DNA of 12,926 nucleotides from a virus (Duplodnaviria; Heunggongvirae; Uroviricota; Caudoviricetes): IMG/VR virus record IMGVR_UViG_2563366822_000002; one strand, 5' to 3'. Shown piece by piece: positions 5,667 to 12,926 of this stretch (position 1 is its first letter; each line of letters starts with the position of its first letter). The notes under the pieces were generated by a model. It saw only the letters and a program-made list of their open reading frames with translations, ran no database searches and was not told where the DNA came from. The position numbers and the translations under genes were made by a program.

Positions 5667-7517
5667 ATGTCGATTAAACATTACGATGTTGTCAGGGCGG
5701 CGTCGCCGTCAGACCTTGCGGAAAAGCTGACACACAAACTGAAAGAGGGCTGGCAGCCATACGGCGGACCGGTTGCCATTACGCCGTACACACTGATGCA
5801 GGCGGTGGCTATTGAAGGAGAGCCACAGGTCGGCCCTTCATCTGAGCCGGATTGGTACTACGTCATCGTACTGGCCGGGCAGTCCAATGCCATGGCTTAC
5901 GGTGAAGGGCTTCCGCTGCCGGATTCATACGATGCTCCGGATCCGCGCATTAAACAGCTGGCGCGCCGCAGTACAGTGACGCCGGGCGGGGCTGCCTGCA
6001 GATATAACGATATTATTCCGGCTGACCACTGTCTGCATGATGTGCAGGATATGAGTACGCTGAATCATCCGAGGGCTGACCTGAGCAAAGGGCAGTACGG
6101 CTGTGTCGGCCAGGGTTTACATATTGCCAAAAAACTGCTCCCGTATATCCCGAATAACGCGGGGATCCTGCTGGTACCATGCTGTCGTGGTGGTTCGGCA
6201 TTTACCCAGGGCGCGGAGGGGACATTCAGCGAGTCCACGGGGGCCAGTCAGGATTCGGCACGCTGGGGGGTGGGCAAGCCGTTATATCAGGATCTGATTT
6301 CCCGCACAAAAGCGGCATTGCAGAAAAATCCCAAAAACGTTCTGCTGGCCGTCTGCTGGATGCAGGGTGAGTTTGACATGAGCGCCGCCACCCACGTACA
6401 GCAACCTGCGCTGTTTACAGCCATGCTGACACAGTTTCGTGCTGACCTCTCCGTGTTTAACGCGCAGTGCCATGGTGGCAGTGCTGCAGATGTGCCGTGG
6501 ATTTGTGGTGACACGACGTATTACTGGAAAAATACATACGCTACCCAGTACGACACCGTGTACGGCGGGTATAAAAACAGAGAGAGTGAGGGCGTTTATT
6601 TTGTGCCCTTCATGACAGACGGTAACGGCGTCAATACCGCCACTAACGCGCCGGCAGAAGATCCGGATATTCCGGCATCAGGATATTACGGTGCGGCATC
6701 GAGAACGAATGGAAACCAGGTATCATCAAACCGCCCGACACATTTCAGTTCATGGGCGCGCAGGAGCATTATTCCGGATCGTCTGGCAACCGCTATTCTG
6801 AACGCAGCCGGGCGCACCTCAGCCTTCATCAGTGGTAAGGCACCGGAAATCAAACCCTCGCCCGGCGGCAACACGCCATCGGGTCCGTCTGCAGATACGT
6901 CCGTTCGCACAATCTCCCTGCTGCCGGCAGCCGGAGAGGCTGCTGCGCAGGGCTGGAGCATTAAGGATGGCGGAATTCAGTTGTCAGATGGTGTATTTAA
7001 GATCACCAAGCAGAGCAATAAAACCTGGTCCCTGACGCATCCGGTGGATGACGCAATTACCCTGCTGACACAGGGCGGCAGACTGACCTGTAAGTTCCGC
7101 CTGTCAGGCGCACTGACCAACAATCAGTTCGGGCTGGGGATTTATCTGTATACGGATGCTCCCGTTCCTGATGGTGTGGCGATGACGGGTACCGGTAATC
7201 CGTTCCTGATGTCGTACTTCACTCAGACCACTGACGGCAGAGTGAATCTGATGCATCACAGGAAAGCCGGAAACACGAAGCTGGGGGAGTTCGGCGATTA
7301 CGGTAACGACTGGCAGACGCTGGAGCTGGTGTTCACCGCCGGCAGTGCCACGGTTACTCCGAAACTGAATGGAGTGGCTGGCCCGGCATTCCAGGTTATA
7401 AAAGACAGTCTGACACTGGGACTGAATGCGCTGACGCTGACGGATGTTACAAAAAATGCAGCGTATGGCGTTGAGATAGAAAGTCTGATGCTGGAGATAA
7501 ATGCACCGGCAGCATAA
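5667..7517 (+). CDS. nanS-p: Prophage-encoded sialate O-acetylesterase, NanS-p-like (DUF1737 N-terminus plus SGNH/SASA esterase domain plus C-terminal domain)
   Basis: 616 aa; N-terminus MSIKHYDVVRAASPSDLAEKLTHKLKEGWQPYGGP resembles the DUF1737 region of prophage NanS-p proteins; esterase block YVIVLAGQSNAMAYGE (GQSN motif). Position between Q and the lysis genes matches the nanS-p gene downstream of stx in Stx phages. GGGAGA lies 6 nt upstream of the ATG. Confidence 0.8.
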   Translation: MSIKHYDVVRAASPSDLAEKLTHKLKEGWQPYGGPVAITPYTLMQAVAIEGEPQVGPSSEPDWYYVIVLAGQSNAMAYGEGLPLPDSYDAPDPRIKQLARRSTVTPGGAACRYNDIIPADHCLHDVQDMSTLNHPRADLSKGQYGCVGQGLHIAKKLLPYIPNNAGILLVPCCRGGSAFTQGAEGTFSESTGASQDSARWGVGKPLYQDLISRTKAALQKNPKNVLLAVCWMQGEFDMSAATHVQQPALFTAMLTQFRADLSVFNAQCHGGSAADVPWICGDTTYYWKNTYATQYDTVYGGYKNRESEGVYFVPFMTDGNGVNTATNAPAEDPDIPASGYYGAASRTNGNQVSSNRPTHFSSWARRSIIPDRLATAILNAAGRTSAFISGKAPEIKPSPGGNTPSGPSADTSVRTISLLPAAGEAAAQGWSIKDGGIQLSDGVFKITKQSNKTWSLTHPVDDAITLLTQGGRLTCKFRLSGALTNNQFGLGIYLYTDAPVPDGVAMTGTGNPFLMSYFTQTTDGRVNLMHHRKAGNTKLGEFGDYGNDWQTLELVFTAGSATVTPKLNGVAGPAFQVIKDSLTLGLNALTLTDVTKNAAYGVEIESLMLEINAPAA

Positions 7518-7518
7518 T

Positions 7519-7800
7519 AAAAAAAGCCAGCGACTGACCTGAAAAAGAAGACGCTGGCTAAAAGGCCTTATATGTTTGTAGAGACTTATTTTTCACAGAC
7601 AGCAATGATGCCTGTCAATATATTATCAATATGCGGATTGTTTCAGTTACAGATGCCTTATTAAGGAAAAAAACAGCCAGCACTGACTTTCGGTGGAGAG
7701 GTGCTGGCTCAGAAGGATAGTTGGATTTCACATGATACTTATGCCTGGCGGTATATTTTCTGACAGACAGTGACGGGTGTTGTCAAGATATTGTGTCATT
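7519..7800. repeat. Degenerate tandem duplication (about 150-bp unit, 2 copies), each with an A7 run, a hairpin and an ACAGACAG...TGTCAA.ATATT block
   Basis: Unit 1: A7 (7519-7525), stem GCCAGCG / CGCTGGC (7526-7532, 7552-7558), then cACAGACAGcaatgatgccTGTCAAtATATT (7594-7625). Unit 2: A7 (7667-7673), stem AGCCAGCAC / GTGCTGGCT (7675-7683, 7701-7709), then gACAGACAGtgacgggtgtTGTCAAgATATT (7762-7792). Confidence 0.45.
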
Positions 7801-7884
7801 TATAACCTGAATCAGGGGAGGCCGGAATGTTATCTGGCATTTTTAGCAGAGCCTGAATGCCATAATCACGGCTCCCGGAGTTGG

Positions 7885-7914
7885 CCGTCAGTGGGTGACA
7901 CTGGCGGTTTTTTT
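7885..7914 (+). terminator. Intrinsic terminator just upstream of the holin gene
   Basis: Stem CCGTCAGTG / CACTGGCGG (one G-U pair), loop GGTGA, followed by TTTTTTTGTTTTT (7908-7920). Confidence 0.6.
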
Positions 7915-7964
7915 GTTTTTCTTTACTTTCATTTTCTGTCGGCGGTGACGGAGACATACATCAG

Positions 7965-8171
7965 ATGGAAAAAATCACAACGGGTGTGTCATACACCACG
8001 TCAGCGGTGGGGACGGGATACTGGTTACTGCAGCTGCTGGACAAAGTCTCTCCGTCCCAGTGGGTGGCAATCGGTGTGCTGGGGAGTCTGCTGTTTGGCC
8101 TGCTGACGTATCTGACTAACCTTTATTTCAAGATTAAAGAAGATAAGCGTAAGGCTGCGAGAGGTGAATAA
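7965..8171 (+). CDS. S: Class II holin, phage 21 S-like (pinholin)
   Basis: 68 aa, [68 protein letters not shown]: two TM segments and a charged C-terminus, close to S21 as I recall it. Stop overlaps the endolysin start (TAATG). Confidence 0.85.
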   Translation: MEKITTGVSYTTSAVGTGYWLLQLLDKVSPSQWVAIGVLGSLLFGLLTYLTNLYFKIKEDKRKAARGE

Positions 8172-8668
8172 TGTCGCCGTCATTACGCAAGGCTGTTGCA
8201 GCTGCTATTGGTGGTGGGGCTGTTGCCATAGCGTCTGTGCTCATCACTGGTCCAGGTGGTAACGATGGTCTGGAAGGTGTCAGCTACATACCATACAAAG
8301 ATATCGTTGGCGTATGGACTGTATGTCACGGACACACCGGAAAAGACATCATGCCCGGTAAAACGTATACCGAAGCAGAATGCAAAGCCCTCCTGAATAA
8401 AGACCTTGCCACGGTCGCCAGACAAATTAACCCGTACATCAACGTCGATATACCGGAAACAACGCGCGGCGCTCTTTACTCGTTCGTTTACAACGTGGGC
8501 GCTGGCAATTTCAGAACATCGACGCTTCTTCGCAAAATAAACCAGGGCGATATCAAAGGCGCATGTGATCAGCTACGGCGCTGGACATACGCTGGCGGTA
8601 AGCAATGGAAAGGGCTGATGACTCGCCGCGAGATTGAGCGTGAAGTCTGTTTGTGGGGGCAACAATGA
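8171..8668 (+). CDS. R: SAR endolysin (phage 21 R-like lysozyme with N-terminal signal-anchor-release domain)
   Basis: 165 aa; N-terminal Gly/Ala-rich weakly hydrophobic SAR segment [23 protein letters not shown], followed by a T4-lysozyme-like catalytic region ([23 protein letters not shown]); near-identical to R21 by memory. Confidence 0.9.
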   Translation: MSPSLRKAVAAAIGGGAVAIASVLITGPGGNDGLEGVSYIPYKDIVGVWTVCHGHTGKDIMPGKTYTEAECKALLNKDLATVARQINPYINVDIPETTRGALYSFVYNVGAGNFRTSTLLRKINQGDIKGACDQLRRWTYAGGKQWKGLMTRREIEREVCLWGQQ

Positions 8669-9102
8669 GCAGGGTAACCGTTATTATCTCCGCTCTGGTT
8701 ATCTGCATTATCGCCTGCCTGTCATGGACTGTTAATCATTACCGTGATAACGCCATCGCCTACAAAGAGCAGCGCGATAAAGCCACATCCATCATCGCTG
8801 ATATGCAGAAGCGGCAACGTGATGTAGCAGAACTTGACGCCAGATACACAAAGGAGCTTGCTGATGCTAATGCGACTATCGAAAGTCTCCGTGCTGATGT
8901 TTCTGCTGGGCGTAAGCGCCTGCAAGTCTCCGCCACCTGTGCAAAGTCAACGACCGGAGCCAGCAGCATGGGCGATGGAGAAAGCCCAGGACTTACAGCA
9001 GATGCTGAACTCAATTATTACCGTCCCCGAGGTGGAATCGACAAGATAACCGCGCAGGTTAACTACCTGCAGGAATACATCAGGACGCAGTGCTTAAAAT
9101 AA
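8665..9102 (+). CDS. Rz: Rz i-spanin (inner-membrane spanin subunit)
   Basis: ATG at 8665 overlaps the R stop (ATGA); N-terminal TM segment [16 protein letters not shown], then a coiled-coil-like charged periplasmic domain; strong similarity to lambda Rz ([34 protein letters not shown]...). Confidence 0.8.
   Translation: MSRVTVIISALVICIIACLSWTVNHYRDNAIAYKEQRDKATSIIADMQKRQRDVAELDARYTKELADANATIESLRADVSAGRKRLQVSATCAKSTTGASSMGDGESPGLTADAELNYYRPRGGIDKITAQVNYLQEYIRTQCLK
8864..9049 (+). CDS. Rz1: Rz1 o-spanin (outer-membrane lipoprotein), embedded in the +1 frame of Rz
   Basis: AAGGAG (8851-8856) 7 nt upstream of ATG 8864; product [36 protein letters not shown]... has a signal peptide with lipobox VSAC and a proline-rich mature region, the Rz1 architecture. 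Entirely inside Rz. Confidence 0.75.
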   Translation: MLMRLSKVSVLMFLLGVSACKSPPPVQSQRPEPAAWAMEKAQDLQQMLNSIITVPEVESTR

Positions 9103-9142
9103 TTTTAATTTCACTGAAATTTAACAAGTGACTTTCAGGAAA

Positions 9143-9169
9143 ATGCCTCGCAGATGCGGGGCATTTTTG
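9143..9169 (+). terminator. Intrinsic terminator after the lysis cassette
   Basis: ATGCCTCGCA / TGCGGGGCAT inverted repeat (one G-U pair) followed by TTTTT (9165-9169). Confidence 0.55.
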
Positions 9170-9320
9170 TACCGGTATTTCACCGCGCACCGCAGCGCAC
9201 AATAAACACCGAACCTGACCCTTTGGAATGGGCCTTTGAGGATACCAGTTAGTGCTGGCGAGCCTCGGTGGGCTGGTTTCCTGTGCGGCAAAGGTTCATT
9301 TCAAAGAAGCAGGCAACGCC

Positions 9321-9869
9321 ATGAATGAATTAATTGCGAATCATGACTTCGACTTTCGCCAGTTAGTTACCGCAGCAGAAGGTCAACCGGTAACTGACAC
9401 CTTCCAGATTGCCAGGGCATTTGGTAAACGCCATCAGCATGTGATTAGGGCTATTAAATGTTTGAGATGTTCTGAGGAATTCTCGACAACCCATTTTTGG
9501 GCCGTCGAGAAAATCAATGACTTAGGTATTTTTGACAAGAAACAGATTTACTACCGCATGGACTTTAGTGGCTTCGTTATGCTGGTTATGGGATTTAACG
9601 GGGCAAAAGCCGATGCTGTTAAAGAAGCCTATATCAATGCGTTTAACTGGATGTCAGCAGAACTCCGTAAGTACAGCGAAAGTTATGAAGCAGAACGTAA
9701 CGCCGTAATGCTGGAGTACATGAAAGAGAAGGATGTCGCCAGCATGTCAGGCCGTCTGCTCAATCGCTGGGGGAGAACGAAAAAACCTCAATTGCTTGCA
9801 AAGCTGGAACGTCTGGAGAGACAGGGACAGTTTTTATTACCGGGATTCGATAAAGGTATTCAAGCCTGA
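9321..9869 (+). CDS. Rha-family phage regulatory protein (putative antirepressor)
   Basis: MNELIANHDFDFRQLVTAAEGQPVTDTFQIARAFGKRHQHVIRAIKCL... matches the N-terminal Rha (Phage_pRha) pattern as I remember it. Start at ATG 9321 chosen over GTG 9252 because the extension is low-complexity; no strong SD at either. Confidence 0.55.
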   Translation: MNELIANHDFDFRQLVTAAEGQPVTDTFQIARAFGKRHQHVIRAIKCLRCSEEFSTTHFWAVEKINDLGIFDKKQIYYRMDFSGFVMLVMGFNGAKADAVKEAYINAFNWMSAELRKYSESYEAERNAVMLEYMKEKDVASMSGRLLNRWGRTKKPQLLAKLERLERQGQFLLPGFDKGIQA

Positions 9870-10056
9870 CACATTATGCGCTGTATCGTCGCCGTATTCC
9901 CGCATTAACCATGACCGTAGCCCGACGGGGAATTCCTTCTGCGTGAGTGTGCGGGAATAATCAAAAACGATGCACACCGGGTTTTACTGTGCTGACAGAC
10001 GCAGGGTTACCCTCATAGTCGCTTTTCCGGTGCGATGGTGGAAGAAACCGGGATGT

Positions 10057-10251
10057 TCATCCATCATCACTTTGGATTGATGTATATGCTCTCTTTTCTG
10101 ACGTTAGTCTCCGACGGCAGGCTTCAATGACCCAGGCTGAGAAATTCCCAGACCCTTTTTGCTCAAGAGCGATGTTAATTTGTTCAATCATTTGGTTAGG
10201 AAAGCGGATGTTGCGGGTTGTTGTTCTGCGGGTTCTGTTCTTCGTTGACAT
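10057..10251 (-). CDS. Small ribbon-helix-helix-like DNA-binding protein (DUF3950 / YlcI-like), adjacent to cos
   Basis: 64 aa, MSTKNRTRRTTTRNIRFPNQMIEQINIALEQKGSGNFSAWVIEACRRRLTSEKRAYTSIQSDDG: basic N-terminus, short beta-strand (RNIRFP) then two helices, the RHH (Arc/CopG) layout. Resembles the small ORF next to the terminase gene in DLP12-type prophages, by memory. Confidence 0.55.
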   Translation of the reverse strand: MSTKNRTRRTTTRNIRFPNQMIEQINIALEQKGSGNFSAWVIEACRRRLTSEKRAYTSIQSDDG

Positions 10252-10439
10252 GAGGTTGCCCCGTATTCAGTGTCGCTGATTTGTATTGTCTGAAGTTGTT
10301 TTTACGTTAAGTTGATGCAGATCAATTAATACGATACCTGCGTCATAATTGATTATTTGACGTGGTTTGATGGCGTAGATGCACGTTGTGACATGTAGAT
10401 GATAATTATTATCATTTTGCGGGTCCTTTCCGGCGATCC

Positions 10440-10610
10440 GACAGGTTACGGGGCGGCGACCTCGCGGGTTTTCGCTATTTATGAAAATTTTCCGGGAACC
10501 ATGTCCGGTTTCTCTGCAAGTTAACTACATAAAAAATATAAAAACAGGTTTTCCGTGAACCGGATATGCGCAAAAAATAGACATATAAACCGGACATGAC
10601 CGGTTTTGTG
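10440..10610. other. cos: cos packaging site: cosN with 12-nt cohesive end GGGCGGCGACCT (10451-10462) plus flanking cosQ/cosB-like sequence
   Basis: CGACAGGTTACG | GGGCGGCGACCT | CGCGGGTTTTCGCTATTTATGAAAATTTTCCGG is identical to the joined right and left ends of lambda DNA, which I know well. Downstream are inverted copies of CATGTCCGGTT (10500-10510) / AACCGGACATG (10588-10598) and an A-rich block (10527-10547), consistent with Nu1 R sites and an IHF site. Confidence 0.85.
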
Positions 10611-10645
10611 CTGATTGTGAGGTAAGAGTTTTTGCGAGGTGAGGA

Positions 10646-11155
10646 GTGGCTACGCAGACTGAAGTTGCCAGGCATTTGAGTCTGACCGATCGCCAGCTTC
10701 GCAGATTGCAGAAATTGCCGGGTGCTCCGGTCTCGAATAAGCGAGGACAACTGGATCTGGATGCCTGGCGTGATTTTTACATATCGTATCTGAGGAGAAG
10801 TAAAAACGATGTGCCTGATGGCGATAGCGAAGACGACTATGAAGAAAAGTTACTCATTGCCAGATGGAAGTTGATCGAAGAACAGGCAATCGCCCAGCAA
10901 TTAAAAAATCAGGCGTCCGAAGGAAAGCTTATTGACACCGGATTCTGTATTTTTGCCCTCAGTAAGCTGGCAATGGCGTTATCCAGTACGCTTGATTCCA
11001 TCCCTTTATCCATGCAGCGACAGTTTCCTGATTTAACACCGCGCCATCTTGACCATCTGAAAACCCTTATTGCGAAGGGGGCAAATCAGTGTGCGCGGGC
11101 AGGGGATAAATTACCGGATTTACTCGATGAATATATCAGAGCAACAACTGAATAA
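10646..11155 (+). CDS. nu1: Terminase small subunit (gpNu1 homologue)
   Basis: 169 aa; C-terminal two-thirds clearly homologous to lambda Nu1 (IDTGFCIFALSKLAMALSSTLDSIPLSMQRQFPDLTPRHLDHLK... vs lambda VETAFCTFVLSRIAGEIASILDGLPLSVQRRFPELENRHVDFLK). GTG start at 10646 preceded by GAGGTGAGGA; start not certain. Confidence 0.85.
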   Translation: MATQTEVARHLSLTDRQLRRLQKLPGAPVSNKRGQLDLDAWRDFYISYLRRSKNDVPDGDSEDDYEEKLLIARWKLIEEQAIAQQLKNQASEGKLIDTGFCIFALSKLAMALSSTLDSIPLSMQRQFPDLTPRHLDHLKTLIAKGANQCARAGDKLPDLLDEYIRATTE

Positions 11156-12926
11156 TATGATGGCTGCCGTTTCGGTTGCGCTGCAGCCTCTGGTCAGGGT
11201 TGTACCGATGACGGCAGTTGAATGGGCTGATCAAAATTATTATCTGCCTAAAGAATCCTCATACGGTGACGGCGAATGGAAAACGCTGCCATTCCAGATC
11301 GCCATCATGAACAGTATGGGGAATGATCAGATCCGCACTGTTAATCTGATTAAATCTGCCCGTGTTGGCTATACAAAGATGTTGCTGGGGGTGGTCGGGT
11401 ATTTTATTGAGCATAAATCCCGAAACAGTCTGCTTTTTCAGCCCACGGATTCTGCCGCTGAAGATTTTATGAAGTCTCACGTGGAGGCGACGATTCGGGA
11501 CGTGCCATGCCTGAAAGACCTTTCCCCATGGCTGGGTCGTAAACATCGTGACAATACTCTCACGCTGAAACGCTTTTCATCGGGTGTGGGCTTCTGGTGC
11601 CTGGGCGGCGCTGCCGCCAAAAACTACCGTGAAAAATCCGTGGATGTGGTCTGTTATGACGAGCTTTCCTCGTTCGAACCGGATGTTGAAAAAGAGGGGT
11701 CGCCAACCCTGCTGGGGGATAAACGTATCGAGGGCTCTGTATGGCCAAAATCCATTCGCGGCTCGACGCCTAAAATCAAAGGCTCCTGCCAGATCGAAAA
11801 AGCCGCTAACGAGTCGGCACACTTCATGCGTTTTTATGTGCCCTGTCCGCACTGTGGGGAGGAGCAGTATCTGAAATTTGGCGATGATGCCTCGCCTTTC
11901 GGTCTTAAGTGGGAGAAGAATAAGCCAGAAAGTGTTTTCTACCTTTGTGAGCATCATGGCTGTGTGATCCATCAGTCTGAGCTTGACCAGAGTAACGGGC
12001 GGTGGATCTGTGAAAACACGGGCATGTGGACCCGTGACGGCCTGATGTTTTTCAGCGCCCGGGATGATGAAATTCCGCCGCCGCGCTCCATCACTTTCCA
12101 TATCTGGACGGCGTACAGTCCGTTCACCACATGGGTACAGATTGTCTATGACTGGCTGGATGCACTGAAAGATCCCAACGGCCTGAAAACCTTTGTGAAC
12201 ACCACGCTGGGCGAGACCTGGGAAGAGGCCGTGGGCGAAAAACTCGATCACCAGGTACTGATGGATAAGGTTGTGCGTTACACGGCGGCGGTGCCTGCCC
12301 GGGTGGTTTATCTGACGGCGGGCATTGACTCGCAGCGAAACCGTTTTGAGATGTATGTCTGGGGATGGGCTCCGGGAGAGGAAGCCTTTCTGGTGGATAA
12401 AATCATCATTATGGGGCGTCCCGATGAGGAAGAGACGCTGTTACGTGTGGATGCGGCGATCAACAAAAAATACCGCCATGCAGACGGAACCGAAATGACT
12501 ATTTCTCGTGTCTGCTGGGACATCGGGGGGATCGATGGCGAAATCGTTTATCAGAGGTCAAAAAAACACGGTGTTTTCCGGGTGCTGCCGGTAAAAGGCG
12601 CATCTGTCTATGGCAAGCCGGTGATCACCATGCCAAAAACCCGCAATCAGCGGGGCGTGTATCTGTGTGAAGTGGGGACGGACACCGCAAAAGAAATTCT
12701 CTATGCCCGTATGAAAGCCGATCCCACGCCTGTGGATGAAGCCACGTCGTATGCCATCCGTTTTCCTGATGATCCGGAGATTTTTTCGCAGACAGAGGCG
12801 CAGCAACTGGTCGCGGAAGAGCTTGTGGAGAAGTGGGAAAAAGGAAAGATGCGTCTGCTGTGGGATAACAAAAAGCGGCGTAACGAAGCGCTGGACTGCC
12901 TGGTGTATGCCTACGCGGCATTACGT
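11127..12926 (+). CDS. A: Terminase large subunit (gpA homologue), 3' truncated by the window edge
   Basis: Open frame from ATG 11127 (overlapping the nu1 3' end, as in lambda) to the last base, 600 codons without a stop; missing from the ORF track because it has no stop in the window. Product MNISEQQLNN...VEWADQNYYLPKESSYGDGEWKTLPFQ...GSTPKIKGSCQIE...CPHCGEEQYLKFGD...HIWTAYSPFTTWVQIV... is collinear with lambda gpA. Confidence 0.9.
   Translation, partial: MNISEQQLNNMMAAVSVALQPLVRVVPMTAVEWADQNYYLPKESSYGDGEWKTLPFQIAIMNSMGNDQIRTVNLIKSARVGYTKMLLGVVGYFIEHKSRNSLLFQPTDSAAEDFMKSHVEATIRDVPCLKDLSPWLGRKHRDNTLTLKRFSSGVGFWCLGGAAAKNYREKSVDVVCYDELSSFEPDVEKEGSPTLLGDKRIEGSVWPKSIRGSTPKIKGSCQIEKAANESAHFMRFYVPCPHCGEEQYLKFGDDASPFGLKWEKNKPESVFYLCEHHGCVIHQSELDQSNGRWICENTGMWTRDGLMFFSARDDEIPPPRSITFHIWTAYSPFTTWVQIVYDWLDALKDPNGLKTFVNTTLGETWEEAVGEKLDHQVLMDKVVRYTAAVPARVVYLTAGIDSQRNRFEMYVWGWAPGEEAFLVDKIIIMGRPDEEETLLRVDAAINKKYRHADGTEMTISRVCWDIGGIDGEIVYQRSKKHGVFRVLPVKGASVYGKPVITMPKTRNQRGVYLCEVGTDTAKEILYARMKADPTPVDEATSYAIRFPDDPEIFSQTEAQQLVAEELVEKWEKGKMRLLWDNKKRRNEALDCLVYAYAALR

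Noticed and set aside
6013-7035. Several 60-90 aa ORFs on both strands (6013-6201, 6103-6297, 6179-6370, 6282-6473, 6287-6514, 6686-6961, 6832-7035)
   Set aside because: Embedded in the 616-codon NanS-p-like gene; Arg/Pro/Gly-rich products typical of off-frame reading of GC-rich coding sequence.
7777-8106. 109-aa + strand ORF overlapping the holin gene
   Set aside because: Off-frame with the S21-like holin; Cys/Trp/Arg-rich implausible product; begins inside the degenerate repeat region.
8183-9014. Reverse-strand ORFs 8183-8425, 8722-8925, 8760-9014 within endolysin and Rz
   Set aside because: Antisense to well-supported lysis genes. The + strand 8834-9049 ORF is kept, as Rz1 from ATG 8864.
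9733-9960. 75-aa + strand ORF overlapping the 3' end of the Rha-like gene
   Set aside because: Off-frame overlap, no SD, and its 3' part runs through the inverted-repeat region.
10475-10750. 91-aa reverse-strand ORF spanning cosB and the nu1 start
   Set aside because: Covers the cos site and the terminase small-subunit start; cosB is a DNA site in lambdoid phages, not coding.
11259-12921. Reverse-strand ORFs (11259-11546, 11560-11748, 11577-12251, 12308-12523, 12558-12806, 12625-12921) and + strand ORF 11584-11874
   Set aside because: All lie inside the terminase large-subunit gene, which is collinear with lambda gpA over 600 codons in another frame; they are antisense or off-frame shadows.
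1-12926. CRISPR array or rRNA
   Set aside because: No regularly spaced direct repeats with unique spacers and no rRNA-like sequence; the only repeats seen are the degenerate two-copy duplication at 7519-7800 and short inverted repeats.

Overview
Segment of a lambdoid (lambda-like) prophage, most plausibly from an Escherichia/Shigella-type enterobacterial genome, running from the end of the nin region to the start of the head-packaging genes. All identifications are from reading the sequence and recalling known phage proteins; no search was run. Order on the + strand unless stated: IS3-family transposase 3' fragment (1-219); ninE-ninF-ninG-ninI with overlapping stop/start codons (237-1861); a 29-codon remnant of a lambda-type Q gene (1858-1947); an AT-rich island with a reverse-strand outer-membrane beta-barrel gene resembling lipid A 3'-O-deacylase LpxR (2073-3032); a different, larger Q-like antiterminator (3508-4197); a PR'-like promoter, qut-like pause region and tR'-like terminator (4181-4269); a second AT-rich island with an unrecognised multi-pass membrane protein (4367/4409-5125) and small leader-like ORFs ending in an intrinsic terminator (5556-5580); a NanS-p-like sialate O-acetylesterase (5667-7517); a degenerate tandem repeat with hairpins and a terminator (7519-7914); the lysis cassette of S21-like pinholin, SAR endolysin, Rz and embedded Rz1 (7965-9102); a Rha-family regulator (9321-9869); a reverse-strand RHH-like small protein (10057-10251); a cos site with lambda-identical cosN (10451-10462); terminase small subunit Nu1 (10646-11155) and large subunit A (11127 to window end, 3' truncated). 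No rRNA, tRNA or CRISPR array was seen. The most novel-looking content is the AT-rich membrane-protein gene sitting directly under Q/PR' control, in the slot that Shiga-toxin genes occupy in Stx phages.
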